Shown piece after piece: positions 12,201 to 49,383 of a stretch of DNA of 64,000 bases. Source of the stretch: Phoronis australis. Its lineage: Eukaryota; Animalia; Phoronida. The translations under genes were made by a program, and so were the position numbers. Every line of letters starts with the position of its first letter. Within the stretch, counting starts at the first letter, position 1. The notes beneath the pieces were generated by a model. That model searched no databases, was not told the origin of the DNA, and saw only the letters and a program-made list of their open reading frames with translations. The stretch is from the NCBI GenBank assembly GCA_002633005.1, contig NMRA01000295.1, positions 438,240 through 502,239 of the forward strand. The letters are read 5' to 3'.

Positions 12201-15200
12201 AAAGTACGTCGAATCCATCCGACAAGAACATAGTGTCATCTCACTAACAGATGCCTATATTCCAAGTTTTGAGAAAATACGTTGAGGACCTCCAAAGATA
12301 CAGAGGTGAGCATAAAAACTAAAATTGCCACTATTGGGCACAACCGTTGTCCGAGAGGTCTGAAATTTGTCGTCATTCGTCAGCTAGATAGGAACACATC
12401 TCCAAATCTCATCAAGATCCTGTGAGGGTTTAGGAGATACAGCTGCACACACCGGTCGGCCAGACAGAGATGAGAGCAATATGCGATCACATATAAGTAT
12501 GTGAGCCCATAAAAATGGGTGCTGCTTATTAGATCCAGTGTTGTCCACATCCTGTTTAGACTAGTCACTGTGTAAAATTTGAATTTTTTCATGGGGAGTT
12601 TCGCTGAATAAATGTGTAGAGTTTGAAAAGCAATGCTGCAAGTTTGAGGTACTGCAAAATAACATGGGCGCGACCAGCCCAAAAAATGGGAGGACTCAAA
12701 TTTTTGAGAATGTGAACCTTCTACTCAGATTCACAGGGTACATTCAGAGATATTAATTGTACATTTGCCGAATTTTGGTAGCTCATGCCCTTTTAGTAGA
12801 CTTTTGCCTTGTTTTCTACTTCTTATAAGTTTTTATTTCTCTGAGGACTTTTCTTGCCCACACTGCCAAATGGGGGCTCGACCCCCCCTGGGTGCGTGCA
12901 CGGATTATTCATTTCTTACACAAATTATGACATTTTGGACTTTCAATACCAATTCAAAACACATATTCCAACACCTCAATACAGCAATTAGCCACAGTAT
13001 GGACATGGACTTTCCAACAAGTACATGACCTTTGTAATTCCACTCAAGTTTAAATTCTCTGTTGTGGGGAACAATGTAATCTATTCAAGATGGAAGTTTG
13101 CGACTTGCGCTTTGGAATACGCCCACAATGACCACGTGTTAGGAAGTGAAATGTTTGAAAATTTGGGCTGCTTTGTCAAAAGGCAAAATGCTGATCAGCT
13201 ACAGTACTAGTCCCATTTCATGACCAAGACGTAACAGAAAATGCCTTACCCTCTTTTTCACAAATTTGAGCGCTCTCTTGTCCCTTGACACCTTCAGCAA
13301 CTCAATGCAGCGCCTCTCGTAGGGGGCAAACCCGGACACTTCACGAACTACATCACGGATGAACTTGGTGTGTTTGTTGAGGGTCTACAGGATAAGATGA
13401 GCAAAACCAAACTTAATAATCGCGCACTAGACTAAGCTGCTTTTGCCTGAAGTTACAATACAATTGGAAGCAATGGAATAATGTAGGCCTTAAAAGGAAC
13501 ATTACGCACGAGAAAACTGGTAACTGGAAATGGAACATGAAATCCATGTTATCCAAGAATGTTATGTTGGCAGAGGTAAACGTCACTTGATAAATGGCAG
13601 AGTAGTTAAACCCATTAGTCGTCAAATTTCAATAAACAAGGGCGATGTCACTAAACCATTAATAAAACCATCAGAACTTGGTATAAAGTACTACAAAGTA
13701 TATATTTTCTGAAAGGTAATGAAATGAGGATTTTAACAATATGTTTTTTATTACTTTTACTTGACATCTGATGTGGCAGTGACAATGGTTGTACAAAAAA
13801 TATCGATTTTTAACGCATTTTGTTGTGTTCATGATCACAAAAAAGTTTTCACACAGATTGATTTCAGCGAATGCCTGGCAGAGAATGGCGAAAGTTGACG
13901 ACTTGCAATACAAGAACAACGCAGAGCGTTGAAATGCGCCTACGATTGTACCGCAAACAGTGTGCTTCTAGGGGTGTTTATTTGTATCAAAAATGGCCAC
14001 TAGATGGCGCAAAAGAACTTGTATGTGTCATCAAAGCTATTTACCAAATTTCATAAAAATCCATTAAGGAACTTCTAAGAAAACCGGAAAACGAAAAAAT
14101 GAAATTGCCACTAAGAGGTTATAAGCGCAAATAAACATAACTGTCACTATGAGGCACCAAAGTAGATAACGTCATCGGAAAATCATTGTCAGACTTAATT
14201 TTCCCATTTCCAAAATCATTCTTAGAGTGGCTTGGTTGACAGAGGGGCAGACACCAAATAACAGGACTTGAAAATAGTAAATATGGCCACAAGGTGGCGC
14301 AAAATGCCTCAAATTTTACCGAAAACCGGATAACAGCATCACCTCACTAATAGATGCCTAACTGCCAAATTTTCTGAAAATCCATTGATGACCATTCAAG
14401 ATAAGAGGTGAACGTAAAAAACTAAAATTGCCAATAGGGGGCACACCCATAGCCCAATTCGTCCAAAAGTTGTCATCCTCTGTGGTCAACTTCATGTAAA
14501 TACACCAGCAAAATTCAATAAAGATCTTATACAGTGTTTAGGAGATACAGCCATGGGCACAAAAAATAAACTAGGAGGCGCCATAGTAGTCCAAGTCATC
14601 GGAAAATAGTCAGCCACCCTCTTCACAGTAAGAGCATATGAGCCAATTTTCAAAATCATCCCTAGAGCGATTTGGTTGATAAAACGGCGGACGCCACAAA
14701 ATAGACTCAAAAATGGCCACTAGGTGGCGCAGTGACCCGAATCAATCCGAAAACGGGAGGATGGCATCATCTCACTAATAGATGCCTAACTGCCAAATTT
14801 TATGAAAATCCGTTAAGGACCTCCAAATCTATAGAGGTAAGCATCAGAAAATTAAAATCGCCACAAGGGGCACACTTGTAGTCGAAGAGGTCCCAAATTC
14901 GTCGTCATCTGTCGTCAGCTTCATGGGAACACATCTGCCAATTCTCATTAAGATCTTGTGAAGGGTTCAGGAGATACAGCCCTGGGCAAAAAAACACACA
15001 AAACTGCCAATAGGAGGCACCACAGTTGTCAAAGTCTTTGGAAAATCATCGTCAGTAGCCCTCTTCAGAGTAAGAACAGTTTGGTTGATAGTACGGCAGA
15101 CGCCAAGACTCGAAAACAGTAAAAATGGCCACTAGGTGGTGCCAAGTACCTCGAATCCGTCCGAAAACGGGAGGATGGCATCATCTCATTAATAGATGCC

Positions 15201-15823
15201 AAACTGCCAAATTTTATGAAAATCTGTCAAGGACCTCCGAAGATAGAGGTAAGCGTAAAAAACTTGCCACAAGGGGACACACTAGTAGTCGGAAAGGTCC
15301 GAAATTTGTTGCCGTTTGTCGCCAGCTTCATAAGAACACATCTGTCAAATCTCATCAAGATCCTGTGAGGGGTTTAGGAGATACAGCTGCGAACGCCTGA
15401 TGCCCAGACAGAGATGACGGCAATATGCGACCACATATAAATATGTGAGCACATAAAAATCACAACTGCTTTTGTCTTGCATGTGCAACACTCAGAAAAG
15501 GCGTTTTCACTCATTAAACTGATGTCCTTCAGCAGCCATTAATTAGGACACTTTAACAACTTTAAATTAAAAGAATTCACCATTTTTTGTTAGAAAAAAT
15601 ATGATCACGCACAGAAGCTAATTTCTAGGTTAACAAACCAGAGTCCACAAAACAAGACCAGGTATCTAGATTGTAACTACCACCTGCTTGCCATCGCAGC
15701 GAGGTCTACATTCTACTGTATAACACATACCCCCTTCCTTCTGGATGGACGAGGTTTGGTGGCGTTCTTCGTGACCTTGTGACCTTTCTTGAGGCCACAT
15801 GCCATCTCGTATCTCAACACCAT
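9201..15823 (-). CDS. RPL36: 60S ribosomal protein L36 (eL36), join(15823..15731,13384..13250,9290..9201), 105 aa
   Basis: Spliced translation [31 protein letters not shown]|[45 protein letters not shown]|[29 protein letters not shown]. All introns are GT-AG, phase 0. Confidence 0.97.
9706..10976 (-). mobile_element. Helentron/DINE-1-like non-autonomous element (HINE), copy 1, in RPL36 intron
   Basis: One end has the hairpin caatgc-aaa-gcattg plus subTIR atgcgcccac. The other end has a gacggccagacaga microsatellite-like tract, the palindrome acata..tatgt, gtgagcccat and an A-run. Interior is ~140-bp subrepeats. Confidence 0.6.
9912..12974. repeat. Tandem duplication of a ~1.54-kb unit (about 9912-11436 and 11448-12974) containing most of the HINE plus ~460 bp of flank
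   Basis: Colinear copies at offset ~1536 with scattered substitutions and small indels; the paired ORFs 10844-11119 and 12380-12682 are near-identical. Confidence 0.92.
13250..13384 (-). CDS. RPL36: RPL36 coding exon 2
   Basis: ctgtag|ACC...AGG|gtaagg; 45 codons with the [12 protein letters not shown] signature. Confidence 0.97.
13910..15459 (-). mobile_element. Helentron/DINE-1-like non-autonomous element, diverged full-length copy in RPL36 intron
   Basis: Same termini as copy 1 (acaagaa-caacgc-aga-gcgttg-aaatgcgcctac ... caatatgcgaccacatataaatatgtgagcacataaaaa) and the same ~140-bp subrepeats. Confidence 0.62.
15731..15823 (-). CDS. RPL36: RPL36 coding exon 1 (exon begins at 15833)
   Basis: ttttcag|accagtcaaaATG...GGG|gtatgt; 31 codons including [10 protein letters not shown]. 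Confidence 0.96.
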
Positions 15824-16412
15824 TTTGACTGGTCTGAAAAACACATCAACACACATTAGTGCATACTCTTGACTATCAAAGGCACCAACGACCTTGCATA
15901 ACTCGTAATCACATAACGCAACAGGTTTCTCGGTCCTGGTTACACGTCCATTCATTTACATATGGAAATTGTGGTTAAATACCAACATAGCGAAAAGGCT
16001 CGTGGTCTGGGTATTTCGCGCTTAATAATTTTTCAGGACTGTCGGATAATATTGATAAATTGAAGGCATTACTGTAGAATTTTAGAACTGTAGGTAAGGC
16101 ATTTTTGCATATGTACACGTTCATGGACTGGGCGCTTATTTTAGCTAAAATGACATTGTACATCACAATAAGAAACCAGTTCCAAGAAATACATTTCAAC
16201 TGCTGTGAGAACATGGACCTGTCTTCTGCCTTTGCCCCCTTACCATTGTTTTGTACTAGTCTACAAATTCCTTTATGCACGACCACACACTGTGATCTTT
16301 TGTCTAGACCAAACGCGTAATTGGTGACATCTACTAATTGAATAGGATCGCACTGCATCAATGTTGTTTACTGCCGGAGCATCGACAGTTGACACACTGA
16401 CCAACCTGAACA

Positions 16413-18976
16413 TACACTATATAAATACTACAAGGTATGACACTCCGGACTAGAATTTCCACGTGTGCTTCACTTCAGCCGTCCATAGCAAACATAAAAC
16501 TCAATAAATTTTCAATAAAAATAGGGATCAACAAACCATGAGGAATTGTTCTTTCTCCCAATATCATTTAGTGTCCAGCTCCACCGAGTTCGCAAAAAAA
16601 TTCGCGGTCAAAGCACACAAATCTTCCCAAAAAGTTGCTGCACACCAGCAATATGCTACCCGGAAATTGCCAGTTTGTCCCATCAATAACTCCAGTTAGC
16701 CAGACTATTTCGTAACCTTCCATGGTTAACCTGCTTGACCTTGACCGCGTGAAGCACATTGCTAATGTGCAGAAATTTTTTGAGATTTTTGTGCTTTGAC
16801 AGCGAATTTGTTGCAAACTCAGTGGAGCAGGACACTATAAATGGCATTGGCAGAAAAAACAATTCCTCATGGTTTGTTGAACCCGTTTTATGTAAATTTA
16901 TAGTTTTGTGTTTGCTATGGACGGCTGAAGTGAAGCACCTGTGGAATTCTTTTTTATAATACCATCCACGGTGTCCTGTTCCAGCGACTTCGTAAGAAAT
17001 TCGCAGTCAAAGAACAAAAATTTCCCAAAAAGTCCAAACACACTTAAACTGTGAACGGCTAGAGGTCAAGGACGGTTCATGGTTTGTTGAACCCCTGTTT
17101 TGTGTAACTTTATTAAGTTATGTGTTTGATATGGACGGCTGAATCGAAGCAGCCATGGAATTTCTAGCCTGGAGTGTCATACCTTGTAGTATTATATGTA
17201 GTGTATTGGTAGGGTGAGCAAACCAATATGGCGGAAATTCAGCAAGAGCGAAATTTTGCCATTTTTCATGATTTTCACAAGGTCATATCTATTAGCATAC
17301 TAAGTGGTGGAAAATGAAAAGTATGCCAGTGAAATATTTAATTTTTCTTCTTTCTATTGATATCCATTACAAAAAATTTGGACATTAATAAGTATTTTTA
17401 AAAATTGAAGTAAAGCGAGCACTTCACAAATTTTTCACTCACCGGTAAATTCTTGTGACTTTCAGTAGGGGTCAAACTTTCAGCTGTTAAATGGCCGTTA
17501 CTGAACCGATTTTAATGATATTTATATCAAACTGTTTGCTACAAAATTCTGCTTTCAACCCTGAGTGTACACTTTTTATTTTTTTGACAAAAATATGAGA
17601 AAATGTACTTTTTTTAATTTACTGCCTCGCCACTCTCTCACCTGGAAAAATCCTGAAAGTGTACACTCAATGTCATAATCACTTATCATGTCCTAATCCA
17701 TTCCTGATCAAATTTTTTCACTTCATCTCACCATTTCCATTTAGGAACACTTCTAAAAAGGTAACTTCAGTCATTTTTCAAGAACCATGTTGACCTTTCC
17801 AGGGTTCAACCTAAACTCGAACCTGATTGGTCAAATGTATTCAACAGAACCAGTCAAAACTTCTCTAAATTACAAAAAGTGGCCCAAACCTGGTAAAATA
17901 TTTTCATTAAAATAATATAGAATAGTTTTAAAATTTAATTTACTTCAATTTTGGGGATAGAGTCATTTTTTCCTATTTTCTTCAAAAATATTTTTTGTTA
18001 CACTTTTACTACCTCGTGGGGGCGCTGTGATCAGTTTCATTTTTAGAAAATTACATATTTCACCAAAATAAATGTTCAGTCAACGCTGCAGTGCATCAAA
18101 ACATTTTAGAATACAAATATGCTCTTTTTGGATAGTCACCAACACAACACCTCTCAGTTTCTATATTATTTGATAGGAATGAAATTGATTTAAAATTTGT
18201 TGAAATTTTAGGGTCCAATTTAATTTTGTTTAATTAAAAATGCATATTATCATTTTTTTGTCATTTTGTTTGCAACTTGAGATTGCGAAAACATTGATCT
18301 TACTTGGGAAAAAAGATTAATTTACATAACCTCACAGGTTTTAAAATAAATAACGAAATACTCTGAAAAAGACTAGTTTTCTGGTTTTTGCTCATTTTGA
18401 ATTCATTTGTTATGCAAATTTCATTTTTTAGAATTATTTCAAAATCTTTTGGAGCAAAAGAAACATGTTCATTAAACCATAGTAATTCCTGAAGTGTTTT
18501 ATCATTTTCAAGGTAATAAGTTGCTCTCTTTTTAAAACATCACTTGTTCAACTTGGCTTCAGGGGCAAAAATGTCCGGTCACAAGTCGATGGTGAATTTT
18601 TCAATTTTTGTTGTTCTTGTTTGTGCAAAATATAATAGTGTGTGGTTTGGTGTCTATGCCATGTTGTTAACTTACTTGCAAAGGACTCCGCATCTTGTTT
18701 TAAGAGCATTGTGAGCTATGGATTCCCAAATATAGTTGTCTAAACTTGCCATTTTCTGTGGCCTGAAATTTTTGGGTGCCGTTTGCTGAAAAAAAGGCCA
18801 TTTTTGAGGCTCTAAAATTCAAATAACTCGAGAACCACCGAACCGATTTTAAAAATTCAAAAAGTTTTATAAACGGCATGTCTAAAGCTATCGTTTAACA
18901 TTCTTTTCAAGTGTTTCTGATGAAATTTGTATTTGGGTTTGCTCACCCTAGTATTGGGGACGATTAGAAGCTGAGC
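16413..18976. mobile_element. Foldback MITE (tactacaaggtatgacac family), right arm interrupted by a nested insertion
   Basis: atactacaaggtatgacactcc (~16426) is inverted with ggagtgtcataccttgtagtat (17171). Long internal inverted arms. The arm resumes after 18957 (ggacgattagaagctgag). A second family member lies at 54716-55168. Confidence 0.75.
17210..18950. mobile_element. Non-autonomous TIR DNA transposon (hAT-like TAGGGTG termini), 1741 bp, 7-bp TSD
   Basis: Perfect 15-bp TIR TAGGGTGAGCAAACC / GGTTTGCTCACCCTA; direct repeat gtattgg at 17203-17209 and 18951-18957; no ORF inside. Confidence 0.85.
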
Positions 18977-19034
18977 TGTGGGGAGTCTAAGTCTTATTGA
19001 AGAATTTTACAATCGTGGGGGGGGGGGCCAATGG

Positions 19035-19260
19035 ATCAGTAGAGAACTGCATCATCAGCTGAGCGCCGGACATTAGAAAGAATGGTGTCAGGAAGGTCGC
19101 TTATGTAGAGTATGAAGAGTGCAGGGCCAAGGACAGAGCCCTGGGGGCACTCCTGACTGGACTGGAGAGGAATTTTAGAACTCGCCATCGACGACAACTC
19201 TCTGTGTTCTATGGGATAGAAATGACTGGATCCAATTGTGGGCGAGACTGGATGTTCCTA
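19035..19260 (-). pseudogene. Decayed non-LTR retrotransposon (CR1/L2-like) reverse transcriptase fragment
   Basis: Minus strand reads WIQSFLSHRTQRVVVDGEF*..SPVQSGVP/QGSVLGPALFILYISDLP..SNVRRSADDAVLY, i.e. the RT GVPQGSVLGP and (F)ADD motifs, with a stop and a frameshift. Confidence 0.85.
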
Positions 19261-19435
19261 ACGGAAAACGAGTAAAAAATCTCCAACAGTGCGACATGCT
19301 TAAGAAATAACAAAACTACCGGGTAAAAATATGTGTTTTAAAACTAACAACTGAAAGATATCGACAAATAGTAAAGAGATGCGTGTGAAATAGTTCGATA
19401 TCAACATTGTTAACACAAAACAAACGTAAACCCAC

Positions 19436-19457
19436 CAATATGGCGACAAAAAGGAAG
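19436..19457 (-). promoter_or_regulatory. RPL36: RPL36 non-coding first exon with TCT initiator / 5'TOP tract
   Basis: Minus strand reads CTTCCTTTTTGTCGCCATATTG|gtgggt: a pyrimidine start typical of ribosomal protein genes, a YY1-like GCCAT motif and a GT donor. Confidence 0.7.
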
Positions 19458-19565
19458 TTCAATGGGCATGCTGGGATATTTATGACGGAAACGGAAACGT
19501 GGTGAGCGCCTTTTACAAAGCTCTTATCTGCATAAACAAGTTATCCACGTCTAGTTGAAAGCCAG
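19436..19565. promoter_or_regulatory. Compact bidirectional promoter for RPL36 (-) and BLM (+), including the putative non-coding BLM first exon ending at 19565
   Basis: YY1-like aatatggcg (~19437), ETS-like ggaagt and cggaaa x2, ZNF143/Staf-like gcatgctggga (~19466). Plus-strand donor gccag|gtaatt at 19566 pairs with acceptor tattacag| before 19949. Confidence 0.6.
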
Positions 19566-19973
19566 GTAATTGGTATTTGATATTAACAACTAGCACTAGG
19601 ATGCCGTGGGTTACGTAATCAACACTTGGTGTGCGAAATTTTTGCACTCTTCTGCGTGTTCCGTGCCCGTGTTACCATTTGCATACTGAGTGAAATGACC
19701 ATCGCCTCTGCTCTGTTGTGTTGGCCCGACCAGAGGCAGAGCAGAGGCGATGCAGCTCCTATAGGAGCTCCATACGCCGGAAGCTTTTCGGCTTGTTGTC
19801 GTACTCAACCAATTGTTCCACTTCAAAGTTATGCTCTGGATAGGATTACTTGGCGAATGCTGCATTGGTTCGCGGTAGTGATAGTGATGGAACTTGATGA
19901 GCCAATAATCTGTTGACTTATATTGTAATACCACACTCCCTATTACAGATGTCATGCGTGTTGCGATTGGACG

Positions 19974-47466
<27,493 letters not shown>

Positions 47467-49383
47467 CATCGGCAATTGAATATTTGTAACTTCTCAGTTG
47501 CTGCAGGTGGCTCATAAAATGCTGCACTGTTGTATTTTGGTCTTGCCTGGTGTATACACGTGCCACTCAGCTGTGTAGACACTTTTGTGTATAAAGATTC
47601 ACAAAACATGGCTTTCATGCTAGACTAGCTACATTCTAGGTCAGGTAAATGTTAGACTTGTTCTTTTAGTTGTGCAGGTTCATAAACCACCACCTCTTTG
47701 CTGTCACAGAATCTGAAAGAATGTCATAGAAAAGGCCATTATGAAAATATTTGTTTACTTAGCCCCATCATCCATCTGAGTTAAGTCTGGTCTGGGATAA
47801 AATTTTTTCGTCAGCGCATATTAATTTCTTTGCAAATTTTCTTCTCAAAGCTGTCGTGTTTTGTCAGATTTCAAATAAAATGTTTTTGTCCGGAGCTTGG
47901 AATTTTCCTCTCTTAAGAGGATTTCCTCTTTTCTAGTTTCGATTTCCTCTTTTAATTTTCAGTTTCTTCTTAAGTTATTTGTTCTCATTTTTATCATTAT
48001 TTTGTCTTCATTCATGCAAAAACATATATTTCAATTAAATTTTACAACACAAAAAGTGTTTGTATCACACAAGCCTATTTATTTGAGGAACAATACTTCA
48101 CTTGGAAAATTTTTCCTCTTTTTGTCATTGGTCATTCCAAGTCCTATGCGTCACGCTCGTGTTTTACGGTTGTTGCAAACTGGCTACATTAAATTTGTGA
48201 ATGCCCCTGGCTTTTCACACAATACTGTCTAATGGCAGCCGTGGTACTTCATATGCTGCAGCTGCTCAATAATAATTTACGTAAATGTATATTCAGTTGT
48301 CCTCCGTGCTGTGCTCGAAATTACGAGTGACATGACTTAGATTTAGCATGAAGGTGTCTTCCATTATGTTGATACGATCAAGTCTATTTTATTATGTATG
48401 TAATTCATCTGTTGTTAATGTAATATGTATTTAAGATTGTTGTTCAAACGTGAGAGTTCACATATTACAACATAGAAAATTTCTCACACCCCCTCCCCCT
48501 CTGTCTTTACCCGTCATCATGATACAAACGCCCCACCCCCCAATGTAGTTTGTTTGATAGCTCCGGCTTAATAACTTCACAAAATCTTTCCAATTCAAGG
48601 AAGTAATCTGGATTTCAAAAAAGGGCACCCAAAATGGGCTTCCCCATTATTTTAAGACGTCCATGACCAATTACGCACGAGTGCATTGTTATGACCCCAA
48701 GTCAGATTGTTATTATAGAGTCAGTTGTTACTATTAAGACAAGGATCTGCAATAAAGTTTATCATGTAGTACATCACATCTTCAAATTTTTATTCTGGAC
48801 CTGGACTGGCTAATGAACCCTCCACAGCTGATGTTAACAAATTAAAAAGGAAACACCAATGCCTACTTGAGCCTACAAATGATGCACAGGGCATCCCAGT
48901 TTGTGTGTCTGAATTTGAGTAAGGATGTTCATTTGCCCCCACCCCCACTTAGTGGAAAATTCAAACCAGATTCAGGAATATTCAGTTGTACTCACAATGC
49001 TAAAAAAAACGCGGCAGGGAATACATGAGCCCTCGAGGAACATGTTCAACAACCCAAGTTGTCAGAACACGACAATGTACATAAATTAAGCACATGCAGC
49101 CGTGTGAGAAACGAGAAATTTTTTTCGAAAAAAAATTCAGAATACAAGGGCATGGATACAAATACGCCACCGTGTGGTGTATATTACTTGCCCGTCAACA
49201 GGAAATTTCCTTTTATAACAAATACCAAATACACATAAATCTTGTGAACGACTTGAAACACGACACTTTTCAAGAGGGTTTATTAAATTTTGTGCATTTT
49301 CATTCATGGCATTAACAACAACTAGAGCACAACAAAAAATTCCAGCCCAATATACACACTACACAATTTTTCAACATCCTATC

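Noticed and set aside
9790-15290. Conserved motif with ~140-bp spacing read as a repeat-spacer array
   Set aside because: The intervening sequences are homologous to each other (diverged tandem subrepeats), not acquired spacers.
9291-16400. Intronic snoRNAs expected in a ribosomal protein gene
   Set aside because: No convincing C/D box pair with terminal stem or H/ACA double hairpin found by eye; an Infernal/Rfam scan would be needed.
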